Origin: Rebecca billardiae RCC1528
Taxonomy: Eukaryota; Protista; Haptophyta
Assembly: GCA_965240325.2 (NCBI GenBank)
Contig: OZ251222.1
Coordinates: 3,038,001-3,102,000 of the forward strand
Direction of reading: 5' to 3'
Length of the DNA stretch: 64,000 nucleotides
The notes beneath the pieces were generated by a model. The model was not told the origin of the DNA. It searched no databases and worked only from the letters and a program-made list of their open reading frames with translations. Position 1 is the stretch's first letter. Every line of letters starts with the position of its first letter. The translations under genes were made by a program, and so were the position numbers. This document shows, in pieces, positions 44,901 through 53,875 of the stretch.

Positions 44901-46028
44901 CGAGTCGGTCGCCGACTGTCGTCCCTGTGTCTGACGCGCGCTGGGAATCAGCGTGGGGATACTTTGCGCGTGCGCGGTGCGCGTGCGCGCGCCGCGTTTG
45001 GCCTCGCGTTGCGAGGTTTGGTGGTTGTGACCCCGCGGCTGGAGCGGGTCCCGCAGCGCAGACGCGGCGCTGGGTGGCCCTGTGCGCTCCGCTCTCCACG
45101 CCCCGTCGTCGGGTGCGTGGTTGGAGTCCTTGTTGACCTTGAAGCGCCACTTGCGGCGCTTGACCTGTAGTGTGCGATGTCGCTCGGCTTTGCCGTCGCG
45201 GCCGCTGAGGTTGTGGTCTTGCTCGCTCCGCGGGGGATGTCCGAAGCGGTAGTCGAGGCTCTTGAACGAGCGCAGCTGCTCGTTCGAAGTACGCGTCCTC
45301 TCGCCTCGCGGCTGCTGCGAAGGTCGAGAGTGGTTGCGTTCCGGTCGGTCGCGTGACGCGCGCTTTGGCTGCAGCGCCGCCGGTCTGGAGTTGTCGTTGG
45401 TCAAATCCTCGCGGATGTCGACCTTCGAGTTCGGGTGAAACCGCGCGCGTCCGCACGGTGTGTTCCCACGTTGTCCGCCGTGAAGCCCCCATGAGCTCAT
45501 GATTGGCACTTCGTGCGTGGCGGAAGCATGTGGCAGGGGCATCCCTGCGTTGCGTGCTGATCGATCAGTTTTGGTTCAGTGAAAACTGGTAGAAGTGGCA
45601 ATGAAGAGTTTGGAATCTTCGTGTGCCTGCTTCCCTCGGTCGGAATGCTCTCGGAATTCCGTTGATTGCCTTCGGGCCATTGCACGAAAGCTTCCTGTGA
45701 TGATCGGGACGTCTCCTCGAAATGAAAAGAAAGTTCTGATGACTGCATGGTAGTCTCTGGTCCAGTTCAGGGCACCTTCCCAAGTGGTGAAGAATCCCTG
45801 GACCCTTGGATGTGTAGTCCGAAGACCTCATGTGTGTGCCGATACTCCTTATCTTTGGGGTAGTAAATTGCATGAACAATGGCTGCTGTTGGCCTTGCCC
45901 TTGAATGGTGAAACCGATTGAATTGCATATGATGAAAGTCTGCAGCTTGGCGGCTGAAATTGCTCAGCGCCTTGGAATTAAAGTCTCGAGCTGGGGAATG
46001 GCGCCGATGGCTGCCTTGGACTTTGACA
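38911..46028 (-). mobile_element. Full-length Ty1/Copia LTR retrotransposon, 529-bp LTRs (38911-39439, 45500-46028)
   Basis: TG..CA LTRs with one visible mismatch; TSD CATAT; PPT GAGGGGGCG next to the 3' LTR; domain order PR-IN-RT-RH; inserted in a TA/CA microsatellite. Confidence 0.97.
39447..45542 (-). CDS. Copia Gag-Pol polyprotein with a long N-terminal extension
   Basis: Uninterrupted 2031-aa ORF: CSHC..H..C knuckle, LDSGAS, IN D-D-E (HNDV, LDGG, VAER), YKARLV, YVDD, RNase H (EAEY, EDN, NIADCLTK). Confidence 0.95.
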   Translation of the reverse strand: MPLPHASATHEVPIMSSWGLHGGQRGNTPCGRARFHPNSKVDIREDLTNDNSRPAALQPKRASRDRPERNHSRPSQQPRGERTRTSNEQLRSFKSLDYRFGHPPRSEQDHNLSGRDGKAERHRTLQVKRRKWRFKVNKDSNHAPDDGAWRAERTGPPSAASALRDPLQPRGHNHQTSQREAKRGARTRTAHAQSIPTLIPSARQTQGRQSATDSIPYVPSFTLQFLPSVYASGWDSTPANKGAATTPNQWSEIDDDDPASCQPCDNQSCTSRHCLLECNICGMGRVCSYRCADAIQVQHQLECEQIIQFAAMNDGIDIDDDGIHVHQQDGPVAAADRRSLSVVNDAGASLDDICPWRPSKRCTIYSGGFIAAAAERHQGHNYTVGDYVRERDELHQSKLFDLMFHCNDALLQPGVACLLHDEFYGLTSEASEGHSPADDGPSGHGTNYPPAATGADNSAQQSSDGDESSTSDIDSYATAEDHIETSSPHASPRTRRNGSEACTYLPDAHAMMAVQTSQPGVGSYKLNFFTIKSKMAIHGAIKDAVTEVKASYKGRATDTTSSMVTLVEARLSGYALAEAAVWTAENAIREPYATAFANMDADTTIMQMTIVYERSVEVLFKRIKDMMLPSLFSYLESKRHIVNPNENFLNLHTLLEIFEHELNVSTMSELRAEFKKLYPDRPTPVSGPEMIKQTVEMVRASRYRELDDATLLVFKLYNGMHEHPEVYSTVISIYGSMSPQQCVAQTEQLTAQIEDAYRRWTQSPKGRQATQHDPKRGGPAHALNTEEADRRQPAVTCSHCGLRNHTAERCWKLHPDLRPPRPPGAPKQGNFKPPAEPGRYDGKFIKVPPPPKWAGRPRAQMVQDEDIDPEPDDADLEPTQYAYLDSGASQSFVDINLGLLHNAHPTSMSVKVAKRDIELHASKAGDMYVYLLDADSDTTVPVCLENVVGVEDLDTTLFSVNAFAAAGMAVVFDERPYIRIGPKRVHLRPDNTVGFKAVVPKAETAMPATADDMPPDVDPIKNGRKITLWQSRLGYADIKRVRATYRANDKMSEASPCTYQPSDVAKFKAKPFPGTRERTTRPLEMLHNDVIGPINGLPAKTPRWGTLFIDDFSGYMRFYDMQNKAEAPEKLDLMASEMGANSLSATMQNKGIAGCTIHLDGGRELHSKNWNRVLRRYDMLCNYMSPPHTQQLNGVAERGLGVIMNDARTMLYLSGVHHKWWHWAAKCAAAQRNLMSKHPTSDGKLVSPHELMFGTSPGPFLQKLRVWGSPCIYLVQSINKQNKLLPRAREGILLGYGFDGIFERGAIKRSHGYIVLSADDGKIVITRHAKFNEQVILDRISTHFKEIREIRDPLLARSARRPPQGADAGKTHDSNTIEEGDEEFASSSSDADSGSERGGDDPPSPDEKSDDDDDEDDGDGPDDDEKGDDGDDDGDEDGPGAGGGPSPSNAPPQPKQPPPSADRRPQRTRNMTGKSYFPSTRRARARAQLAQLASDIPVPTSFKEAMESKQASDWTRAIMEEYEAHDRLGTFTPVVVPKGKAIIPSKLVFKVKANPDGTIERYKARLVGQGFRQIQGVNYDEVFSPTIRYENVRLLLALTTELRTPERPWIIHSADVSTAYLQAPLEDGLKIYTTLPPLYPCTLKPPEGHVVAADWDMALPGFKQSGRRWHLRLSQKLREKGFKKLAQSECIFVRISGDIIDVIAVYVDDLLILSSSPDSARPSSIIGEIRKEFTLRDLGPATTFLGMSIAQGPKSTTISMSQYITDLLKKHDMSDITPVDNPCRSAAEHPTAVETDDSSSCSPEESKTYRAIVGALLFIMNTCRPDINYAVNMLARHMASPSSNDLKGAKRVLRYLAGTKNSGITFTSTATTQPRTEMFVDWDWANDTKDRRSTGSYIYFHAGGPVSWRTFKQSITTLSSCEAEYVALAEGAKEAVYLRDIISDILNIPKTPIVIHEDNKGAIDLSKNSIHHKRTKHIDVRHHFIRDCVDLGAVNITKVHTSENIADCLTKALPKDKFTKFRDIMVTPISN

Positions 46029-46041
46029 CATATACATATAC

Positions 46042-46076
<35 letters not shown>

Positions 46077-46699
46077 TGGCGGTAACTGCCTGCGCCTGCT
46101 ACTCAGTGCTAGCAATGATAGTTACAAGTTAGTCCGGAACGGCAACTCGTGGTTCACAGGAATCCCATGGCCATGGCCGCTGGTTCGTTGCCAGAGTCAA
46201 AATGTTGATTGGATGTAACCGTACTCATGCTGAACTCACGTATAGCCTACGGCTCTTGTTTTTAAAATGACCGTGGTCAGCATACACTTGGTCAGCCGAC
46301 TTATTCAGGCTCATCTGCCACGTGCCGCCATGCAGCTTGTCTGCTGACTGATTGATTCATGATTGACCGATGACTGCTTGGGCTTGATGGGCGCATGTTT
46401 TGTGGGATTTGTCAGCTGATCGATACGAGACGGCGGCTGCCCAGCGGGTGTCGGGGTGTGTTCGGGGCTGGGGGCTCCTATCCGGGCAGTCTTTAGGGTT
46501 TTAAGTAATATATAAACGAATATTATCAAATAAGAGCGCGACGAATAATTCCACGGCCAAACCACCGGAACGAACGCCATGCAGGCATTTTTTTTTAAAT
46601 TCCCCTTTATAACGGGCTCCGGGTGATCAGGCTGGCGGCCGAAGCCTCCAGCCCTACCCTGGCCAGCCCCCAACCAACCACCACCCTCACCCAACAGGC

Positions 46700-47983
46700 A
46701 TGCACGACGAATCGCACGATGGCGCGTGTTGGCCATATCGTCACGGATGGAAACTCGTTGCTGTCCTGATGTTGACAGTCGTTGCCGCGCAGACGTGGAC
46801 AAGCCACGTCACACCAGGCGCAGCCGGCGGCAAGCAGCCACGCGCCAGCTTCGATCTGCTACTGAAGAAGAAAACCTTCCTCGAAGGCGCCCTCGTTCTT
46901 GAGAAGCACAAAATGTTGGTGTGCGTGCCGACCAAGACAGCCTCGAGCGTGACCAGCTTGATCGTCCTGGCGCTCGCCGGTAATCTTGAGCGAGTTGAAT
47001 GCACATGCAACCCGGGCCGGTGCGTGCAGAACGAGAAGGAGCGGACTATTATGAACAGGCGTCGCCGCTCGTTCCTCTTCAACAAGCATGTCGCCGGAGT
47101 GCCCCACCGCTCCCCCACCACGGGTAAAATTATCTCGAGCTCATTCGTCCGTCACGCGTGGCAAGGGATCGTGCGAGGACCTCGGGTGAGGAACCCCCTC
47201 CTATGGAGCAGCGTCATGGACCGCAGCTTCACATCTGTGCTCCTCGTGCGCGACCCGTGGGAGCGCGCCATCTCGATGTACAAAGATCAAGTCAGGCGGA
47301 GTGTGGTGGAAGGCTTCAAGGCCGACAGCCGCGACGACTTCCTTCGCTTCATGACTGCGCGGCTGGGCCAGGAGCACCACACACGAGCAGCGAGTGACTT
47401 TTGCGGCACGGAATACGTGAAGTACGACGTGATCATCGACGTGGACACAGACTGGGAAGCAGGCTGGCAGCGCGCACTCAAGCGCGCGAGCATCGACCCG
47501 GCTGTACTCAAGACCGGGTGGGAAAGTTGCACTGAGCACGGATCTCCAAGTGTGCTCGCAGACGTTGGCAACGTGCGGACGCTGGACCGGTCGGTTGCGG
47601 CTAAGCTGAGCTGCGCTGATGTCGCAAGCAATCAGGCGGAGGCGCCACTGCGGCCAACATTGGTGGCGGGCGGCGGCGGGCGGCGCGGGGGCTGTAACGA
47701 CAGCTTGGCACATGGCTCGATTGGCGTGCAGCGCGACCTCGCATCGCGCGACCGCATCTTTTGCAACGAGTCGGTAGCGCTGGCGGTCGCCGAGCGGTAC
47801 GCGCGCGACTACGCCGCATTCGCTTTCCAGGGCGTGCGATATGAGCAGCCGTACCGCTGTGGCGGACCGACTCCGCCGCCGCCAGCGCACGCTCGACTCA
47901 ACGGTCAAATGTTCCGCTCACCGCTGATGATGACGAGCATCATCAAACGAGTCACGGATTTCATCTTTCATAGTAGGTCATAA
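46700..47983 (+). CDS. Golgi-type carbohydrate sulfotransferase (Sulfotransfer_2)
   Basis: N-terminal TM anchor, 5'-PSB CVPTKTASS, 3'-PB VRDPWERAISMYKD, YARDYAAF end motif. Confidence 0.88.
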   Translation: MHDESHDGACWPYRHGWKLVAVLMLTVVAAQTWTSHVTPGAAGGKQPRASFDLLLKKKTFLEGALVLEKHKMLVCVPTKTASSVTSLIVLALAGNLERVECTCNPGRCVQNEKERTIMNRRRRSFLFNKHVAGVPHRSPTTGKIISSSFVRHAWQGIVRGPRVRNPLLWSSVMDRSFTSVLLVRDPWERAISMYKDQVRRSVVEGFKADSRDDFLRFMTARLGQEHHTRAASDFCGTEYVKYDVIIDVDTDWEAGWQRALKRASIDPAVLKTGWESCTEHGSPSVLADVGNVRTLDRSVAAKLSCADVASNQAEAPLRPTLVAGGGGRRGGCNDSLAHGSIGVQRDLASRDRIFCNESVALAVAERYARDYAAFAFQGVRYEQPYRCGGPTPPPPAHARLNGQMFRSPLMMTSIIKRVTDFIFHSRS

Positions 47984-48421
47984 GCTTATCCGACAATCCT
48001 CAATACGGTGCTGTAGAACTTTAGTATTATACAGTATTACTGATTTGAAGATTTTCGGAACACTGAACAGATGCCGTCCGGGAGTCGATCCGAAGCTAAT
48101 AAACGAGAGTAAACGACATCAGCTATATTAAACCGTACGCTCGATCCTGTCAATGATAAGCAGCAGTGCTCGGATGGATCCGAGACGGTCTCCTCACAAG
48201 CACAGCTCGTTAACTAGCATCACGACTCGGGCCTCGGCAGAGCAGTAGTAGGGCTCCGTAGGCTTATTCGATCAGAGTGGCGCGCGCTGCGGCGCTGTCT
48301 GGCTGAGCAGTGGGCGGCAGGCTCCGCACTGTAACTATTGCTGCGACTACCGACTCACTGAACTGCCGGCTAGCTACTGATTGTGAGCTGCTCATCTGGT
48401 ATTCGTCGCGGCACAGTATGA

Positions 48422-48423
<2 letters not shown>

Positions 48424-48473
<50 letters not shown>
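48424..48473. repeat. (AT)n microsatellite
   Basis: Directly visible. Confidence 0.95.
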
Positions 48474-48475
<2 letters not shown>

Positions 48476-48516
48476 CTACTATATGTATGCAGTTTCGTCA
48501 TATATAAGTGTCAGTG

Positions 48517-49743
48517 ATGGCCCGCGGTGCAGGGCGGAGCGCGCAGCGTAGAGCCCGCACCAGCGGGCCCGAACCACGTTTCAAAAAGATCTTTGATCAA
48601 GAAAAAAGGGACGGGGTGCGATTTTTAGGGCTGGCGGAGACCGAGTTTCGAGTTGTTGAGATCGCATAGAGAGGTCTATTCGGCCGAAAAACACCGCGTC
48701 CACGATATTCCCTAAGCAAAGTGCGATCTGGACGTCAGCCGGACGTGACTTTAACGTAACGGTTCGTTACGAGCGAATCGTATTCGTCGTCCCGGATCGC
48801 GTGTCGCGTGACGTCCGGACTGGGCCACATCCGGATCGGAGGTGACGTGCCCCGGCACGATGGCGGATGCGGGACGGCGCCTGCACGTGCCTCCGGACCC
48901 GCCTCCCGCTTGCTGCTCACGCAGTCAGCTGCGACCGTGGCGCATGATCGCAGAAGCAGTGCCGGCAGTACGGCCTGCATCAGCTAGTGCCGCGCCGTCG
49001 TGGCGCGCGTGGTAGTTGCGTTTGCAGCCGGCTCGGCGACGGCACGCGCGTGCGGCTCATGTGTGTCAAATGCGGTCTCGTCGGCGCGCTTTCGCCTGCC
49101 ACCTCGTGCACCCGTGCCGCCAGCTTCATCGTCTTCATGAGGACTGCTGCTGCTGTCGCCATCCGCTCTCCATCACCCCGAGTCGCGCGGCGCGCGCGGT
49201 AGGCAGGGCGTACGGTCACTCACCCGTGCAACGGGTCAAGTGGCCAGAGTACGTCTGGTCGTTGGCTGGCACGGGCCGCAGCGCTAAAGCACCCTGCTGT
49301 CACACCCGACTCCTTCAGTACTCCGAGCTCCGCGGCACGACTCACTCGGCACGATCGCGGACGGGTCGGATCCGAGCTGATCAGCCAGAGTTGGACAGTT
49401 TGGCAGCTACTAGTAGTAATTCCGATGCCGATGGCACGATCGCGGACGGGTCGGATCCGAGCTGATCAGCCAGTTGGACATTTGGCAGCTAGTTGTCAGA
49501 CGGACGTCCGATTTGACGACCGGTGCCGGGTGCGGTCTCAGGTCCGCTGCTGTGATTGTGTGAAGTGTGAATGAGTCTCGCGGTCGCGCAGGCAGGGCGA
49601 CGGTCGGACTAATAGCTTCAGTCATCTCAGAACCGACTTCAACTGGCGAACTGCCACTACGGCGGAGAGCCGCGATTGCACGGCCACCGCGGGCCCCCAA
49701 CTGCGTTGATTCTATGCAGAAAAGGACCGCGGAACGCGGTCAT
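48517..49743 (+). mobile_element. Family B non-autonomous element with asymmetric inverted repeat and 3' hairpin, copy 1
   Basis: Homologous to 55046-58063. 5' ATGGCCCGCGGTG pairs with CACCGCGGGCC (49685-49695); terminal hairpin GACCGCG-GAA-CGCGGTC followed by AT. Confidence 0.8.
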
Positions 49744-49837
49744 GATTATTAGCGCAGTGAATCGGAGTGAATCACTGATCATCAACGGTAGATATTTACG
49801 CGCTGCACGTCCGCGTCCGGCGGCGTGTCCATCCACT

Positions 49838-52183
49838 TCAGCGGGTCTTTCTTGGATCGCGCGCGCCAAAGCGCAGCGCCAGCACGCTACCCCGAGCGCC
49901 ACCTCGGCCACCAGACCATGCGCCGAAGCTGACAGCACCGACTGTGCCAACGAGCAGCAGCGCCGCCATGCAAACCGCGGTCCAAGCGCCCAGTGACCAC
50001 GACGTCAGCCGCCCTGTCTCGCAGTGAAGGTGCGCAGCGAGGTGGTTGTCGGCCAGCTGCACGATCTCTTCCATCGCCCTCTCGTCGTGCTGCATGGACA
50101 GCGCGTAGTACGCCGCCTGCCCAAAGTTGAACATGGACAGGTACCTGCGCGCACGCCGCGCGCGCGTGCACGCGGGGTGAGGCAGGCGCGTGCACCGGGC
50201 ACACAACGGGATGGGTGCGGCGCGCGCAGTGGCAGGCGCGTGCGCGCCGCACGTCATCGCCCGCTCGAGCTTGTGCCGGAAGAAGTTCCAACGCCGCACA
50301 AACTGCACGTGCTCGTGCGCGGTGAGCACCTCGTCCAGCTCCTTGCCGATGGGCTCGAAGCGGCGCAGCAGGCCGTGCACACGCTCGAGCATCGGCACCA
50401 GCACCGCGTACAGCCGGGCGCGGCGCGCGTTGTCCGCGTAGCTCGCCGCGAGCTCATGCGAGACGGAGAAGGGCGAGAAGGGCGAGTGGCCGGTCGCCCA
50501 GAGGTAGTTGGTGGCCTTTGCGCGCGTGTGCCCGTCGTAGCGATCGTGCACGCTGCCGAGCCCCCAGCCCGCCTCGAGCAGAGCGCCGAGCAGCGGCCGT
50601 TGCGGGACCGTCGTGTCCACCGTCACGGGCGCGCCGGCGCAGGACACGTCAAGGAGCGCGAGGCGGACGAACGGCAGCTGCACGGCGATGGCGACGTCGT
50701 CGACAGCGAGCGCGGAGTGCTGGCCGTCGAGCAGCAGCAGACGGTCGGTCGCGAGCGTGAGCACGTACGCGCGCACGAGCTGCTCGTCGGCCGCGCTGCC
50801 GCTGCTCGCGCCCTCGGATGAGCCGCGCAGTGTGGCGGTGGTGCCGGGCGTGTGCGTTTCGACGCGCACGCTGTCGCTCTCGAGGGCGCACCGATCGATC
50901 GGCTCGCGCAGCACGCGCAGCCAGTGCGCGAGCTCGCGCGCGTCCACGTAGCCGGTGGTCTGCACAGAGAGCTCGCCGTCGGCGTGCACGGACGAGGAGC
51001 GTGCCTGCAGCGCGTACTGCAGCGCCGCCGCGCACGGCGCGCAGCTCCCGAGCGGCATGACGACCGTCTCGAGGGAGACGGCCTCGTTCGGCAGGCGCAC
51101 GCGCTGCAGCTCCGTCTCGATCGCGCGGAAGTCGATGCCCGACGCCTCGGACGCATCCTCCAGCTCACGCATGCGGCCCTTGTGCGTGTGGCTCGCGCCC
51201 AAGTCCAGCCGGATCTCGTACACTCGCACGACCGTGCGGCGCGTGGGCGGCGCGGGGAGCCGCATGATGGGCGGGGCGAGGATGTGAAGCGCGCCGTCGG
51301 CGGCGAGGGCGGCGAGCTCGAGCGCGAGCTCTAGGACCGGCGCCGACGCGCGCACGGCGGGCAGGGTGCGCTCGTTCACAGCGCCCAGCCCGGTCGTGCT
51401 CGGTCCATACGAGACAGGGCCCGCGCTCAGGTCGACCCACGCGTACCGCCCGCGGGCGAGCCACGCGAGCGCCGTGCACTCGCCAGAGTGCGCGGGCGCG
51501 CCGTCACGGCGCGGCTGTAGGCTGACCCCGCCCTCTGGCTGCGTGTACGAGTACCGCGCACGCGCCACCGCGGGCCCGCGCGGCGCGTTGGGCGAGAGCA
51601 GGTACAGAGTGAACGCCTCTGCGCTCGTCTGGTGGTCGGCATCGAGCAGTGCGTCGACGGCATCGAAAGGGACGGTGCCGTCGTCGCGCTCGCCCACGTG
51701 CTCGGCGATCTCACGCTCGATACGCCCCGTGAGCTCCTTGGGCGCGTGCGTCACGTGGAAGTGCGGCTTGTAGCTGATGCGGGTGCGCCGCGCGCCGTGG
51801 CCGTCGCCCTGCCGACCGAGCACGTGCGCGGGCTCCGACACGCTCATCGCCTCCAGGTAGCGCGCGAGCGCGTGCTCGGGCATCGTCACGCCCCCATTCC
51901 CCTCACCTTGAAAGCCAACGAGGCGCACCTCGACAAAGAGCGCGTGCTCCACCGCCGTGAGCGCTTCGAGCTTGCTGTTGAGCGAGCTGCCGTCGTCCGC
52001 TGACCACGAGGAGCGCAGCTCGCCCTCGGAGAGGTGCACAAAGGCGTCGCGCTCGGCGAAAGGGTCTGCTACTGGGTCGAGCGCGGAGAGGTGCTCCGCG
52101 ACACCGGCGCACGCCACCCGAGCGGGCGTGATCAGGAGCGCGAGAACGACCGCGAGAGTGTGTGGCGCCATGCCGTCGGCCAT
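49838..52183 (-). CDS. Conserved uncharacterised protein with signal peptide and C-terminal TM (At4g16180/At3g28720-like); in-frame intron 50145-50252
   Basis: Signal peptide, VEVRLVGFQGEG, FTLYLLSP, RYAWVDLSAGPVSYGP and NYLWATGHSPFSPFS motifs. Confidence 0.8.
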   Translation of the reverse strand: MADGMAPHTLAVVLALLITPARVACAGVAEHLSALDPVADPFAERDAFVHLSEGELRSSWSADDGSSLNSKLEALTAVEHALFVEVRLVGFQGEGNGGVTMPEHALARYLEAMSVSEPAHVLGRQGDGHGARRTRISYKPHFHVTHAPKELTGRIEREIAEHVGERDDGTVPFDAVDALLDADHQTSAEAFTLYLLSPNAPRGPAVARARYSYTQPEGGVSLQPRRDGAPAHSGECTALAWLARGRYAWVDLSAGPVSYGPSTTGLGAVNERTLPAVRASAPVLELALELAALAADGALHILAPPIMRLPAPPTRRTVVRVYEIRLDLGASHTHKGRMRELEDASEASGIDFRAIETELQRVRLPNEAVSLETVVMPLGSCAPCAAALQYALQARSSSVHADGELSVQTTGYVDARELAHWLRVLREPIDRCALESDSVRVETHTPGTTATLRGSSEGASSGSAADEQLVRAYVLTLATDRLLLLDGQHSALAVDDVAIAVQLPFVRLALLDVSCAGAPVTVDTTVPQRPLLGALLEAGWGLGSVHDRYDGHTRAKATNYLWATGHSPFSPFSVSHELAASYADNARRARLYAVLVPMLERVHGLLRRFEPIGKELDEVLTAHEHVQFVRRWNFFRHKLERAMTCGAHAPATARAAPIPLCARCTRLPHPACTRARRARRYLSMFNFGQAAYYALSMQHDERAMEEIVQLADNHLAAHLHCETGRLTSWSLGAWTAVCMAALLLVGTVGAVSFGAWSGGRGGARGSVLALRFGARDPRKTR

Positions 52184-52299
52184 CGCCCTAACCCGCGACG
52201 TATTTCACGGTTGGCGCGCTTGCTGGCGTCGTCAGGTCGTCTCGACCAGAAGCGCGCGCCTCACGCGCTGGTTGCCTCCCTTAGCCTCGCCGGAGCGGC

Positions 52300-53272
52300 A
52301 TGGGCGACTCGCGGGCGGCGCTGCTGCTCATGAAGCAGCTGAAGGGTGCGCGCCGCGCGCGCATCTCCTTCGCCGTGACGTGCTTGCCCCCGACGAGCGG
52401 CCAGCGCGCGATATGCTCGCCTCCTGCGGGCGCGGCTCACGCGCGGCCGCGCTTGGCGGCTGCTCACGCGCGCGCTGCTGTGTCCAGACTTGAACAAGAG
52501 CCCCGTTGAGGGTTTCTCGGCGGGGCTGGTGGATGAGAGCGACCCTTTTGAGTGGGACATCTGCATCATGGGGCCGCCAGAGACGCCATAGTGCGCGCAC
52601 GACCGCGCGCACCGGGGCAGCCCGTGTGCGTGCGCATGGCTCACGCCCGCATCCCCGCGCCGCGCAGTGAGGGCGGCTTCTTCAAGGCGGTCATGTCCTT
52701 CCCGAAGGACTACCCCAACCTGCCGCCGAAGCTTACGATCAAATCGGACTTCTGGCATCCGAACGGTGCGTGCTTTCGAGCCACCGCGTCGCGGCGGCTC
52801 ATTTATCAGCACGGCGATCAACTCACGTCCCTGCCCGCCCACCTGCTGCTGCTTCTGTGTGCTGCGTGCATCAATCACGTGCTGCACGCGCGCCCGCAGT
52901 GCACTCGGACGGAAAGGTTTGCATCTCGTGAGTGGCGCGCGCCTGCGCGCCCGCCCAGGCCATGCTGCGACGCGCAGCAGCCCCGCTGACCGCTCGGTGT
53001 CGCCATGCGGTGCGCGCGCCTCTGTGCCATTCGCCGCGCGCAGCATCCTGCATCCACCTGGTGATGACAGCTTCGGGTACGAGTCGGCCTCGGAGCGCTG
53101 GCTGCCCATTCATACCGTCGAGTCGATCATGGTCTCTGTCATCTCGATGCTCTCCTCGCCGAACGACGAGTCTCCCGCCAACATCGACGCTGCGAAAGAA
53201 TTCCGGGAAGACCCGGAGGGCTTCCGGAAACGGGTCGCGCGCTGTGTCCGCAAGTCGCAGGACAGCTTGTAG
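52300..53272 (+). CDS. UBE2G1: Ubiquitin-conjugating enzyme E2, UBE2G1/UBC7 class (exons 52300-52345, 52488-52590, 52668-52765, 52900-52927, 53044-53272)
   Basis: Spliced product ..[65 protein letters not shown], including the acidic loop. All introns are GT-AG and phase-compatible. Confidence 0.93.
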
Positions 53273-53875
53273 GTGCGGCCCCCGGGCCCTCCTGCATCTC
53301 CATGGGCGCCGGCGGGTCACTCTCGAATGCGAGGCGATCACTCGGCTTCGACATGGGCTGCACGGGCCTGCACACGGTTTCTTGGCTGACCGCGTGCTCT
53401 GTGCGCGTGTGCTGTTTGCCGGTGGAGATGTGTGCGCAGAGCCGCATTTGCCCCTGCTGCACACGATGCTCGTGCCGACCATTGCGTCGAAGGGTTCGAT
53501 TGCGCACCGCGTGGCGCCTGCGGCTAGGGGTGGCGAGCCCTCGCCCCTAGACGACACTCTGTGACCGAGTCTGGGCCATCTCGCGCTCGGCGATATGGTG
53601 GTCAGGAGACGCTGCCGACGGTCCAAGTGATCGGGGTCGGAATGCCGGCCGCCGGCCACTGGCGGCGGAAGGTAGGAAGCAGCGTCGTCGGGAGACGCAG
53701 ACGCGGGCACGGTCAGCCTGATGTTGAGTCAGTCTTGACTGCGAAGCAGCGAAGCCACGGCAAGGATCGAGGCTGTGAAGGCGCACCCGGAGCAAGGGCC
53801 TTGCCCGGCTCGGAGTGCGGTGACAATGCTCAGTGCCGGACTTTATTTGGAAAAGTTCACCTGCTTTCATTCACG

